From the NCBI GenBank assembly GCA_944371685.1, contig CALVXV010000001.1, positions 1 to 44,310 on the forward strand: a DNA stretch of 44,310 nucleotides, in the 5' to 3' direction. Below, in pieces: positions 1 to 8,545 of this stretch. The position numbers were made by a program, and so were the translations under genes. The first letter of the stretch is position 1. Each line of letters opens with the position of its first letter. The notes beneath the pieces are model-generated. The model searched no databases. It saw only the letters and a program-made list of their open reading frames with translations, and had not been told where the DNA came from. This DNA is from an uncultured Bacilli bacterium (GTDB lineage: Bacteria > Bacillota_I > Bacilli_A > RF39 > UBA660).

Positions 1-1
1 A

Positions 2-73
2 GAAGTAGCTAGTGAAATTATCGATTTAATTACAACTTATTGTAGTGGCAAAGTTAAAATCATCTATAAATAA
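2..73 (+). CDS. 3' end of a gene running off the left edge (product unknown)
   Basis: Open frame from the window edge (...EVASEIIDLITTYCSGKVKIIYK) ending at TAA 71-73. No start in the window and no family recognised. Confidence 0.3.
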   Translation, partial: EVASEIIDLITTYCSGKVKIIYK

Positions 74-191
74 TTTTGACAAAATATTTATTCAATTATA
101 ATTTATAATATTTAGGTATTAATTTTATAAAAATATCGCAAACTAAATATAGAAAAATGGTAAAAAAAAGTAAAGTAGTTGACAAAAAACG

Positions 192-220
192 TTGTCAAAC
201 TAAAAAGCGTCTGCTATAAT
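192..220 (+). promoter_or_regulatory. Candidate sigma-A promoter for the 245..508 gene
   Basis: TTGTCA (192-197), 17-nt spacer, TATAAT (215-220) with TG at 212-213 (extended -10). The -35 lies inside an inverted repeat TTGACA(179-184)/TGTCAA(193-198). GGAGGGG RBS at 233-239. Confidence 0.5.
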
Positions 221-244
221 TAATAATAGAATGGAGGGGTTTGT

Positions 245-508
245 ATGGATAAGCTACAAATACTTAAAGTCAAAAAATCCAATGGGGAAGAAGTAGAAGC
301 TGAAGTATTGCTTTGCTTTGAACTAGAAAAAACAGGAAAAAAATACATCTTATATACTTTTAATGAAATAGATGACAAAGACATGGAAACAATTCATGCA
401 GCTGTTTTAAATGAAACTGATGAAGGATATCAATTAGATAAAATTCCAGCTGATGAATGGAAAGATGTTAAAGAAGTAATGCGTGAAATTATTAGAAATG
501 AGGAGTGA
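245..508 (+). CDS. Small acidic DUF1292/UPF0473-like protein (YrzB-like)
   Basis: 87 aa with a strong RBS. The pattern G-EEVEAEVLLCFEL...KKYILYT...ETIHAAV...DEW resembles DUF1292 small proteins. Assignment is by eye. Confidence 0.55.
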   Translation: MDKLQILKVKKSNGEEVEAEVLLCFELEKTGKKYILYTFNEIDDKDMETIHAAVLNETDEGYQLDKIPADEWKDVKEVMREIIRNEE

Positions 509-513
509 TTATA

Positions 514-2208
514 ATGGACGAAAATAAAGAAATACAAGCAAAATTAAATGATGACAACTTAATAAAGTTAAGCCATAAGAGAACGGGAGCCCTAAAAAAA
601 CTTTTCAAAAAAGTCATGAATGGAGCAGTTACTGTTGTCTCTCATGTTCCAGGAGCCAAATTCATTGTTCCTAAGATAACTGAAAAAATTGGTCAGATTA
701 AAGAAAATGTCCTTGAGTCTCAAATGTCAGATGAAGCGTTAACTCCAAAGCCAGTTTTAGACGTGAAAGAACCTGTTAAAACACCAGAACCAAAACCGGT
801 TACACCTGTTCAAGAATCTGAAAAACAAACAGAGTCATCTCAAAGTACATCAATTCCGGAGACAACTATTTTTGGAACTCCAGTATCTGTAGAGCCAGAA
901 CATAGTCCTATGACTACAGAAAATGAAGACTTTAAAGAACCAGAACAAGAGAAAAAGCCTATAAAAACTATCTTCCCTAAAAAATTGTTGGCTAGTAAGC
1001 CAAAAATAGAAACTGCACCTATAACTGAAGAAAAACCACTTAAAGTGGCTGAACCAACAGTTCAAGAATCTACACCAATTGACTTAAATATACTTGGATC
1101 TATTAATGATACAGATATTAACAATAAAGTTGAAGAAGAACAAAAAACACAAGTATCAGATAATGACCACTTAAAAGAATCTAGAAAACAGTATGGTGAC
1201 TTAATTAAATTTAACACATGGCAAGAATATTTTCATTCATTCTCTAAAGAGGAAGTTGAAAAGAAAAACGAAGATGGTACTATGCTTAAAGGAACAGACT
1301 TTATCAGTATCAGATTAGACCAAGCTGAGACTATTAAAAGAATCACACAGGCTGAAGAAACTGAACGTCAGGCCACTATTAGTAGTTTAAAAATTGAAAT
1401 TGAAGATAGAATCACAAAAGTTCAAGCAAATAGGGATAAGGTTGCAGAATTAAAACAAGAAATTACTGCTCGCAATAAAGAAACTGCTGAATTAAATGCA
1501 GAAAATAAAAAGGCTCGTATTCAAGTAAATTCTTTGAATAATGAAAGTAAAGAAGCTAATGATAAAATTGATGAAATGGATGACATTATTGGTCAATTAA
1601 CAGACCCCGATTATCAACCAAAGAGAAAAGCAGAAACTAAAAAAGTGGATTCTAAGACATTAGCAGCCAGAAAAAGAGTCAACGAAATTACTAAGGAATT
1701 AGAAAAAGAACTTGAAGATAATAAGAAAAAAGATGAGATAGCAAAAGTGTCTGCTGGAAGTAAAGCTGCTGCAAAAAAAGAAGTAGCCAAAGCTAAAAAA
1801 GCTACTAAAACAGTAGAAATCGACGCTCCAAAGGTCAAAAAAACAACTACCACAAAAGAAATTAAACCAAAAGTAGTAGTACCTCAAGTACAAGAAGCTT
1901 CATTAGCAGATGAACTAGCCGATTTTGATAATGAAAAGGTTGAAACTCCAAAATCTGTAGTATTGGAATCAACTAACCCAGATTATCCAGGCACTTTTAC
2001 AGTTGGTAATAGTGGATTAAGTGCTAGCTGGAAAAATTCACCTATGACAAAAGAAGACTTTAATATGGGCTTTGATAATGATACTAGAGCTAAAATTGGA
2101 CAAGAAGCTTATGATAAATTTTTAAATAGTGATGGTTCATTATCTTTTGATGAAGCTAAAGATCAAGTTGCTGAGCAATACACTCAATCTAAAGGTAGAA
2201 CAAAATAA
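514..2208 (+). CDS. Lys/Glu/Pro-rich low-complexity, coiled-coil-like protein of unknown function
   Basis: Long ORF. The track start at 505 is GTG inside the RBS; ATG 514 sits 8 nt after AGGAG (501-505). It has P/E/K-rich repeats (PEPKPVTPVQ...), a central heptad-like region and a globular-looking C-terminus. No family recognised. Confidence 0.75.
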   Translation: MDENKEIQAKLNDDNLIKLSHKRTGALKKLFKKVMNGAVTVVSHVPGAKFIVPKITEKIGQIKENVLESQMSDEALTPKPVLDVKEPVKTPEPKPVTPVQESEKQTESSQSTSIPETTIFGTPVSVEPEHSPMTTENEDFKEPEQEKKPIKTIFPKKLLASKPKIETAPITEEKPLKVAEPTVQESTPIDLNILGSINDTDINNKVEEEQKTQVSDNDHLKESRKQYGDLIKFNTWQEYFHSFSKEEVEKKNEDGTMLKGTDFISIRLDQAETIKRITQAEETERQATISSLKIEIEDRITKVQANRDKVAELKQEITARNKETAELNAENKKARIQVNSLNNESKEANDKIDEMDDIIGQLTDPDYQPKRKAETKKVDSKTLAARKRVNEITKELEKELEDNKKKDEIAKVSAGSKAAAKKEVAKAKKATKTVEIDAPKVKKTTTTKEIKPKVVVPQVQEASLADELADFDNEKVETPKSVVLESTNPDYPGTFTVGNSGLSASWKNSPMTKEDFNMGFDNDTRAKIGQEAYDKFLNSDGSLSFDEAKDQVAEQYTQSKGRTK

Positions 2209-2232
2209 ATAATTTTACGTAAAAAGATTAAT

Positions 2233-2262
2233 AGCACCGAGTACTTTTCGGTGCTTTTATTG
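2233..2262 (+). terminator. Rho-independent terminator
   Basis: AGCACCGA (2233-2240) pairs with TCGGTGCT (2248-2255) and is followed by TTTTAT. Confidence 0.75.
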
Positions 2263-2288
2263 TAATTTCACTAGCACTATGCTATACT
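2260..2288 (+). promoter_or_regulatory. Candidate sigma-A promoter for nfeD-SPFH operon
   Basis: TTGTAA (2260-2265), 17-nt spacer, TATACT (2283-2288) preceded by TGc (extended -10). AGGAGG RBS lies before the TTG start at 2311. Confidence 0.5.
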
Positions 2289-2310
2289 ATAGAAGTAGGA
2301 GGAGATAAGT

Positions 2311-2736
2311 TTGGAACAATGGGTAGTATGGTTAATTATCGTTATTTTACTTGCTTTAATTGAAATCACAACAATTAATTTAACAACCGTTTGGTTTGTG
2401 GCTAGTGGTATTTTAGCCCTTATAGTTTCTTTATATGTCGATAATTATATACTTCAATTTGGTATTTTTGTTATAGTTGGCGTCATATTATTAATTACCA
2501 CCAAACCATTTTTAACCAAATTTATAAAACAACATAAAGTTAGAACTAATGTTGATAGGATTATTGGTATGACAGGTGTTGTTACTGAAAAAATAGGTAA
2601 AAATGAAGATGGAGAAGTCAAAGTCGACGGAAAAAAATGGACAGCTTATGCAGATAAGGCTATAAAAAAAGGTGATTTGGTTAAAATATTGGAAATAAAA
2701 GGGGTAAAAATAAAAGTTGAAAAGATAGGAGAGTAA
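2311..2736 (+). CDS. NfeD-family membrane protein (C-terminal OB-fold)
   Basis: 141 aa, TTG start with AGGAGG RBS. Three N-terminal hydrophobic helices are followed by ...GMTGVVTEKI..GEVKVDGKKWTAYAD..IKKGDLVKILEIKGVKIKVEK, typical of NfeD. It sits immediately upstream of an SPFH gene, the classic pairing. Confidence 0.8.
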   Translation: MEQWVVWLIIVILLALIEITTINLTTVWFVASGILALIVSLYVDNYILQFGIFVIVGVILLITTKPFLTKFIKQHKVRTNVDRIIGMTGVVTEKIGKNEDGEVKVDGKKWTAYADKAIKKGDLVKILEIKGVKIKVEKIGE

Positions 2737-2737
2737 T

Positions 2738-3631
2738 ATGTCAGTACTTATTGTTATTTTAGTTTTAGTTTTAGTTATTGTGATACCAAATATTAAAGTG
2801 GTACCACAATCTATGTGTTATATCATTGAACGTTTAGGTTCTTATTATGCAACTTGGACAAATGGACTTCATGTGAAGATTCCTTTTGTTGATAGAGTTG
2901 CGGGAGTTATTAGTTTAAAAGAAAAAGTAAAAGATTTTCCACCACAACCAGTTATTACTAAGGATAATGTAACTATGCAAATAGATACTGTTGTTTATTT
3001 TCAAATAACTGATCCAAAATTATATACATATGGTGTTGAAAATCCGATTAGTGCTATTGAAAATTTAACAGCTACTACTCTTAGAAATATTATTGGTGAA
3101 TTGGAATTAGACCAAACCTTAACATCTAGAGATATTATTAACTCTAAAATGCGTTCTATACTAGATGAAGCAACAGATCCTTGGGGAATAAAAATTAACC
3201 GTGTCGAAGTAAAAAATATTTTACCACCTCATGATATTCAAGAAGCCATGGAAAAACAGATGCGTGCTGAAAGAGAAAGAAGAGAAAAAATTCTTCAAGC
3301 CGAAGGCGAAAAGAAGTCAAGTGTTTTAATTGCTGAAGGTAATAAAGAAAGTTTAATTTTGCAAGCTGAGGCCGCTAAAGAAGCGCAAATTAAAAAAGCT
3401 GAAGGTGAAGCAGAAGCTATTTTAAAGCGTAGTCAAGCCGAAGCTGAAGCTATAAAAAATTTAAAAGAAGCTGGAGCTGATAAGTCAGTTTTAACCTTAA
3501 GAAGTTTTGATGCTTTAGCTAATATGGCTAATGGTCAAGCCACTAAGATAATTGTGCCTTCTAACTTACAAGATTTAGCCACTTTAGGAACAACTTTATC
3601 GGAAATGTTTAAAGATACTAAAAGCAAATAA
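2738..3631 (+). CDS. SPFH/band-7 (stomatin-like) protein
   Basis: 297 aa with an N-terminal TM helix. It has the SPFH core (VVPQ....IIERLG.Y..T...GLH.KIPFVD, PPQPVITKDNV...D.VVYFQI.DP) and an Ala/Glu-rich coiled-coil tail. Confidence 0.85.
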   Translation: MSVLIVILVLVLVIVIPNIKVVPQSMCYIIERLGSYYATWTNGLHVKIPFVDRVAGVISLKEKVKDFPPQPVITKDNVTMQIDTVVYFQITDPKLYTYGVENPISAIENLTATTLRNIIGELELDQTLTSRDIINSKMRSILDEATDPWGIKINRVEVKNILPPHDIQEAMEKQMRAERERREKILQAEGEKKSSVLIAEGNKESLILQAEAAKEAQIKKAEGEAEAILKRSQAEAEAIKNLKEAGADKSVLTLRSFDALANMANGQATKIIVPSNLQDLATLGTTLSEMFKDTKSK

Positions 3632-3651
3632 TTAAATTGTTTGCTTTTTTT
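3622..3651 (+). terminator. Rho-independent terminator
   Basis: AAGCAAA (3622-3628) pairs with TTTGCTT (3640-3646) and is followed by a T-run. Confidence 0.7.
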
Positions 3652-3778
3652 GACATTTTTTTGAGTAGCTTTTTTTTAAAATATATTTAGGTGATAAAAA
3701 TGACTTATAAATATCATATCTATGATGAAATAATAACTATTTATTAGTATATTTACAGAAAATTATCCATAAAATTAT

Positions 3779-4024
3779 ATGGGTGATATCATGTTTAAAG
3801 ATTTACGTGATTATATTTTAGAAAATGAATTTAAAATAACTATTTTTACAAATAAAATTGATATTTTAAATTATTTAGAAATTGATCATTTTGATGATGT
3901 TAAAATTATTGTAAGATTTACAAAAGGATTAGTAATTATTAAAGGTGATAATCTAACAATTTCAAAATTGCTTAATGATGAACTTTTAATTTTAGGAAAT
4001 ATTAAAAGTATTGAGTTTCAATGA
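3779..4024 (+). CDS. yqfC: Sporulation protein YqfC
   Basis: About 80 aa. The pattern ...KITIFTNKIDILNYLEIDHFDDVKIIV....LVIKGDNLTISKL..DELLILGNIKSIEF is YqfC-like. It overlaps the next gene by 4 nt (ATGA) and shows Bacillus-like synteny with yqfD. The start may be ATG 3791. Confidence 0.7.
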   Translation: MGDIMFKDLRDYILENEFKITIFTNKIDILNYLEIDHFDDVKIIVRFTKGLVIIKGDNLTISKLLNDELLILGNIKSIEFQ

Positions 4025-5169
4025 TTGATAAATTAATTAGTAAAGTTTCCTTAAATATAAAAGGAAAAAATATTAATAGGTTCATCAAAAAATTAAGGCA
4101 TCAAAAAATCGAGATTTTATCCATTAAATATAAAGATGCAAATCAAGCTGATATCATCATTTATAAAAAAGATTATGAAACTGTTTTAAAAATAAAAAGT
4201 ATTTATGAGATAGCAGAGTTAGATGTTTTTGGATTAATTAAAATTAAAAGAAAACTAAAATTGTCCAAGCATCTAATAATTATAACTGTAATTATGTTTA
4301 TTTTATTTTTGATTTTAACTCATGTAATTTTTGATGTTGAAGTTATACATTCAAACAAAGAACTTAGAACTCTTTTGCTTAATGAGTTAAAAAAAGATGG
4401 TATTAAAACCTTTTCGTTAAAAAAATCATATGATGAGATAAATAAAATTAAAGAAAAGATTATGAATAAATTTCCAGACCAAATAGAATGGTTAGAAATT
4501 GAAGAAAATGGGACTAAATATACAGTTAGAGTGGAAGAAAGAACTATTATTACTAAGGATGATAATAATACACCAAGAAATATAGTAGCTAAAAAAGATG
4601 GTGTTTTAAAAAAAGTTATTGCTAAAAAAGGTGATATCGTTAAGGATATGAATGATTATGTTAAAAAAGGTGACTTAATTGTAAATGGTGAACTTATCTT
4701 TAATGATGAAGTAAAAGGAAAAGTCAAAGCTGAAGGTGAAGCTTTTGCGGAAGTTTGGTATGTCACTAAAACGGAGTATCCAATGTTTACTTTTAAAGAA
4801 GAAAAAACTGATAACATTAAAAATGTTTATGCAATTAAATTTTTAAATCATACTTTTGAATTAACTTTTAATAAATTTAAAACTAAAAAAATAGAAGAAC
4901 AAGAAATTTTAAAACATAATTTAATTCCATTAAAAATAGTTAAACAAAAACAAACTGAAACCAAAGTGACTGATGAGATTTTAACTGTTGAAGAAGCTAT
5001 TTCTAAAGCTAAACAAAAAGCTGAAACAGATATTAAGAAAAAACTTTCGAAAGGAGAATACATCATTCGTAGTAAATATTTGAAAAGTACCGTCAAAGAG
5101 AGTATAGTAGAAGTAGAAATGTTTTTCGCCGTTTATGAAAACATTACTGACTATGCAGAAATAGGGTGA
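4021..5169 (+). CDS. yqfD: Sporulation protein YqfD (stage IV-like)
   Basis: 382 aa with a single TM helix near residue 90. The N-terminal '...IKGKNINRFIKKL...IEILSIKY' is YqfD-like. It is translationally coupled to yqfC and lies upstream of the ybeY-dgkA-era block as in Bacillus. Confidence 0.7.
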   Translation: MIDKLISKVSLNIKGKNINRFIKKLRHQKIEILSIKYKDANQADIIIYKKDYETVLKIKSIYEIAELDVFGLIKIKRKLKLSKHLIIITVIMFILFLILTHVIFDVEVIHSNKELRTLLLNELKKDGIKTFSLKKSYDEINKIKEKIMNKFPDQIEWLEIEENGTKYTVRVEERTIITKDDNNTPRNIVAKKDGVLKKVIAKKGDIVKDMNDYVKKGDLIVNGELIFNDEVKGKVKAEGEAFAEVWYVTKTEYPMFTFKEEKTDNIKNVYAIKFLNHTFELTFNKFKTKKIEEQEILKHNLIPLKIVKQKQTETKVTDEILTVEEAISKAKQKAETDIKKKLSKGEYIIRSKYLKSTVKESIVEVEMFFAVYENITDYAEIG

Positions 5170-5174
5170 TGTAG

Positions 5175-5786
5175 ATGATTAGAAGAAGTTTGCTTGAAAT
5201 ATTAGGTCAGGTATGGCCAACCATCCTAATTAGTAGTGTTATTGCTGTAAGTATGCGTTTAGTTTATTTAATTAAAAACAAACAAAAAATAGTTTTCTAT
5301 AAAGAACTACTTTCGTTAATTTTTATAATTTATGTTCTATGTTTATTCTACGTTGTCACGTTCCAAGATGTTGGATGGTCTAGTTCTAACTTTATTCCTT
5401 TTAAAGAAATGTTTAGATATAGTTTGGGAAGTAATTTATTTATAAAAAATGTTTTGGGCAATATTATCATGTTTGTTCCATATGGATTTTTTGTGTCATA
5501 TTATTTAGATTTAAAAAAGCCTTGGTCTGTCTTTTTCTTAATTTTACTTGTATCTGCTTCAATTGAAACTACACAACTGTTAATCGGCCGAGTATTTGAT
5601 ATTGATGATATTATCTTAAATCTTATTGGAGGAATGTTGGGATTTGGAATATATAAACTTATAAATATTATAAATAACCATCTTCCTGCAGTATTGAAAA
5701 ATCCTATAGTTTATAATATAATTATAGTGTTATGTAGTATTTTAATGGCTATGTATATGTTTAATTTAATAGAATTAGGAGTATAA
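5175..5786 (+). CDS. VanZ-family membrane protein
   Basis: 203 aa, polytopic. It carries the motifs NFIPF, N(I)IMFVPYGFF and SASIETTQLLIGRVFDIDDIILNLIGGMLG, characteristic of VanZ-like proteins. Confidence 0.75.
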   Translation: MIRRSLLEILGQVWPTILISSVIAVSMRLVYLIKNKQKIVFYKELLSLIFIIYVLCLFYVVTFQDVGWSSSNFIPFKEMFRYSLGSNLFIKNVLGNIIMFVPYGFFVSYYLDLKKPWSVFFLILLVSASIETTQLLIGRVFDIDDIILNLIGGMLGFGIYKLINIINNHLPAVLKNPIVYNIIIVLCSILMAMYMFNLIELGV

Positions 5787-5788
5787 TC

Positions 5789-6235
5789 ATGAATAATTAT
5801 GAAGTATTTAATGAAACCGATGAAAATATTGATATCGATGAAGAAAAAAAAATAATTGATTTTGCTTTAAAACATGAAAATTTAAACAATGTAACATTTA
5901 ACGTAATTTTTGTCGATAGTGATAAGATAACAAAGTTAAATAGAGATTATCGAGGTATTGATAGGGAAACCGATGTTATTAGTTTTGCCTTAGAGGATGG
6001 GGAGGCTAATATTAATTTTGAATTTGGTAGACTTTTAGGGGATATTTATATATGTGTTCCAAAAATGAAGGCTCAAGCGCAGGAATATGGACATAGTTTA
6101 GATAGAGAAATGGGATTTTTAACTATTCATGGACTACTTCATTTATTAGGTTATGATCATATGACAAAAGATGAAGAAAAAATTATGTTTGCAAAACAGG
6201 AGGAAATTTTAAATGCCTACGGTCTCAAGAGATGA
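5789..6235 (+). CDS. ybeY: rRNA maturation endoribonuclease YbeY
   Basis: 148 aa with the zinc motif HGLLHLLGYDH and TDVISF; conserved position upstream of dgkA-era. Confidence 0.9.
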   Translation: MNNYEVFNETDENIDIDEEKKIIDFALKHENLNNVTFNVIFVDSDKITKLNRDYRGIDRETDVISFALEDGEANINFEFGRLLGDIYICVPKMKAQAQEYGHSLDREMGFLTIHGLLHLLGYDHMTKDEEKIMFAKQEEILNAYGLKR

Positions 6236-6614
6236 ATTAAAAAAAAGAGGAATACATAGATTATTTAAGAGTTTTTCTTACGCTATTGATGGTTTAAAAT
6301 ATGCTTTTAAATATGAACAAAATATTTTAGTGCATACATTAGCTATGATTTTAGTTATTATTGCTGGTTTTATATTTAAAATATCTTTATTTGAGTGGTT
6401 AGTACTTTTTTTAATAATAGGTTTAGTCATTGCTACCGAACTCATAAATACCAGTATTGAAGCGACTATTGATTTAGTGACAAAAGAAATTCATCCATTA
6501 GCTAAAATAGCTAAGGATACTGCGGCTGCGGCTGTTTTAGTTTTTGGTTTAACGGCTATTGCGATTGGATGTATTATTTTTATACCTAAAATTTTAGTAT
6601 TAATAGGAGGATAA
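6213..6614 (+). CDS. dgkA: Diacylglycerol/undecaprenol kinase family protein (DgkA)
   Basis: 133 aa with three TM helices. Motifs are ELINTSIEATIDLVT.EIHPLAKIAKDTAAAAVL. It overlaps ybeY by 23 nt. Confidence 0.85.
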   Translation: MPTVSRDELKKRGIHRLFKSFSYAIDGLKYAFKYEQNILVHTLAMILVIIAGFIFKISLFEWLVLFLIIGLVIATELINTSIEATIDLVTKEIHPLAKIAKDTAAAAVLVFGLTAIAIGCIIFIPKILVLIGG

Positions 6615-6616
6615 AT

Positions 6617-7504
6617 ATGCGTAGTGGATTTGTAAGTTTTGTAGGAAGGCCAAACGTTGGTAAATCAACTCTTTTAAATCAAATAATTGGTAGCAAAATT
6701 GCTATTACGTCAGATAAACCACAGACAACTAGAAATATTATTCAAGGTATTTATAATGATAATGATACGCAAATTGTTTTTGTGGATACTCCGGGTATTC
6801 ATAAACCTACTCATAAACTTGGTCAAATATTAAATAGGGGAGCATATTACAGTATTGATGATGTCGATGTTGTATGTTTACTTGTAGATGCTCATGCTGG
6901 TTTAGGTAAAGGTGATAAGTATATTATCGAAAGGCTTAATGATATAAATAAACCGGTTATTTTAATAATTAACAAAATAGATGGTTTATCTAAAGACGAA
7001 ATATTTTTAAAAATAAACGAATATAAAGATTTATATAATTTTGCTGAAATTGTGCCGATTTCTGCTTTGAAAAATAAAAATATTGACGAATTAATTAAAG
7101 TAATTAAGGATTATTTACCTGATAATATAAAATATTTTGATGAAAGTATTAAAACTAACAGAAGTATGCAATTTATGATTGCTGAGACAGTTAGAGAAAA
7201 AATTTTGTGGCTTACTAAAGAAGAAGTTCCGCATTCTGTAACATGTGTTTTGGAAAAGGTTTTAAAAGATAAAGATAAAAGTATTATTAATGTAGCGATT
7301 ATTGTTGATAGAGATTCACTAAAAAAAATTATTATTGGTAAGCATGGTAGTATGATTAAGAAGATTGGTACTTTGGCAAGAAAAGATTTAGAGCAAGTTT
7401 TAGGTATGAAAGTATATTTAGAATTATATGTTAAAACGATTGAAAAATGGCGAGATAGAGAAAAGTATTTAAATGAATTTAATTTTAATGATTTTACTGA
7501 ATAA
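6617..7504 (+). CDS. era: GTPase Era
   Basis: 295 aa with G1 GRPNVGKST, G3 DTPG, G4 NKID and a C-terminal KH domain (IIIGKHGSMIKKIG). Confidence 0.95.
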   Translation: MRSGFVSFVGRPNVGKSTLLNQIIGSKIAITSDKPQTTRNIIQGIYNDNDTQIVFVDTPGIHKPTHKLGQILNRGAYYSIDDVDVVCLLVDAHAGLGKGDKYIIERLNDINKPVILIINKIDGLSKDEIFLKINEYKDLYNFAEIVPISALKNKNIDELIKVIKDYLPDNIKYFDESIKTNRSMQFMIAETVREKILWLTKEEVPHSVTCVLEKVLKDKDKSIINVAIIVDRDSLKKIIIGKHGSMIKKIGTLARKDLEQVLGMKVYLELYVKTIEKWRDREKYLNEFNFNDFTE

Positions 7505-7544
7505 AATATACTATAAATCATCAAGATAATAATGGGTGATACGA

Positions 7545-7667
7545 ATGAATAAAAAGGATTTATGGAACTTGTTTAGATTAACAGGGAAAATAGAATATTA
7601 TTTAAAGTATAAAGAAATAGAGGATAAGGATGAATTTAGAGGAAGTAACGGGAATAATTGTAAATGA
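7545..7667 (+). CDS. yqzL: YqzL-like small protein (not in ORF track)
   Basis: 40-aa ORF MNKKDLWNLFRLTGKIEYYLKYKEIEDKDEF... with a GGGTGA RBS. The W..F..TG.I..YL.YKE motif and the position between era and recO match Bacillus yqzL. Its 3' end overlaps recO by 38 nt in another frame. Confidence 0.5.
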   Translation: MNKKDLWNLFRLTGKIEYYLKYKEIEDKDEFRGSNGNNCK

Positions 7668-8370
7668 GACAGCGTATGGTGAGACGAGTAAAATTTTAAA
7701 TATCATTACTAAAGAAAAAGGTTTAATTTCTGTTATGGCTAAAGGATGTAAAAATATAAAAAGTCCTTTAAGAAGTGTTTCATCTAAATTAACCTATGGA
7801 ACATTTATTATTTATTATAAAGAAAATAAAATATCTACATTAAAAGAAGCAAGTGTTTTAGATAATTTTAAGAATTTAAAAAAAGACATAACCTCAATTA
7901 GTTATGCGGCTTATATGCTAGAACTTAGTGAAGGTGTAATTAAGCAAAATAATAACCCACATATATTTGATTTACTTATTCAAAGCTTAGAGAAAATAAA
8001 TGAAGGCTTTGATCCGTTAATTATTATGAATATTTTAGAGTTAAAATATTTAGAATATTTAGGGGTTATGCCTATTATTGATTCATGTGCCATATGTGGT
8101 AAAAAAACAGGAATTGTTACTTTATCTAGTTATCGTGGTGGTTATGTTTGTAAAGATTGCTATACAAATGAAAATATAGTGTCGGATAAAACAATAAAAT
8201 TAATTAGAATGTTTTACTATGTAGATATTAAAAAAATATCTAAATTGGATATTAGTTTAAAATCTAAAAATGAGATTAATAGGTTTTTAGATGATTATTA
8301 TTCAAGATATACTGGTTTATATTTGAAAAGTAAAAATTTTATTAAAAATTTACAGAAATTAGTAAACTAA
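7630..8370 (+). CDS. recO: DNA repair protein RecO
   Basis: 246 aa with an N-terminal OB-fold pattern (GIIVNETAYGETSKILNIITKEKGLISVMAKG) and a zinc motif CAICGKK...YVCKDC. Synteny after era. Confidence 0.9.
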   Translation: MNLEEVTGIIVNETAYGETSKILNIITKEKGLISVMAKGCKNIKSPLRSVSSKLTYGTFIIYYKENKISTLKEASVLDNFKNLKKDITSISYAAYMLELSEGVIKQNNNPHIFDLLIQSLEKINEGFDPLIIMNILELKYLEYLGVMPIIDSCAICGKKTGIVTLSSYRGGYVCKDCYTNENIVSDKTIKLIRMFYYVDIKKISKLDISLKSKNEINRFLDDYYSRYTGLYLKSKNFIKNLQKLVN

Positions 8371-8373
8371 CTC

Positions 8374-8402
8374 TTGACTAAATTTAAATAAAAACATAAA
8401 AT
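8374..8402 (+). promoter_or_regulatory. Candidate sigma-A promoter of the glyQS leader
   Basis: TTGACT (8374-8379), 17-nt spacer, TAAAAT (8397-8402). Confidence 0.55.
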
Positions 8403-8534
8403 TAATATGGATATTGAAAGGCGATGATCTGTGTGGAAAGCAGGGAGTCATATATTATAAAGTGATTCTTCTAGGATAAATAAGGTGGAACCGCGGTCAT
8501 ACCGTCCTTATATATTACTAGGAGTTTTTGTTTT
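8403..8534 (+). promoter_or_regulatory. T-box riboswitch leader (glycine class presumed) with terminator
   Basis: Conserved T-box sequence AAATAAGGTGGAACCGCGG (about 8478-8496). GCGATGA K-turn-like element at 8421-8427 and GTGGAAAGC distal-loop-like element. A long imperfect helix runs from CTTCTAGGATAAATAAGGTGG (8468-) to CCGTCCTTATATATTACTAGGAG (-8524) and is followed by TTTTTGTTTT. The specifier was not placed confidently. Confidence 0.65.
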
Positions 8535-8545
8535 AGGAGGTAATT

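Noticed and set aside
3700-3747. 15-codon ORF (MTYKYHIYDEIITIY) with an AGGTGA RBS in the SPFH-yqfC spacer.
   Set aside because: It is too short, shows no recognisable leader-peptide logic (no codon run tied to a downstream gene) and has no attenuator structure nearby.
3747-3775. Sigma-E-like promoter upstream of yqfC (GTATATT, 14 nt, CATAAAAT).
   Set aside because: The match to the mother-cell consensus is attractive. However, the implied transcription start (about 3782) would fall inside or after the RBS/start of yqfC (3779/3791), so the geometry does not work as drawn.
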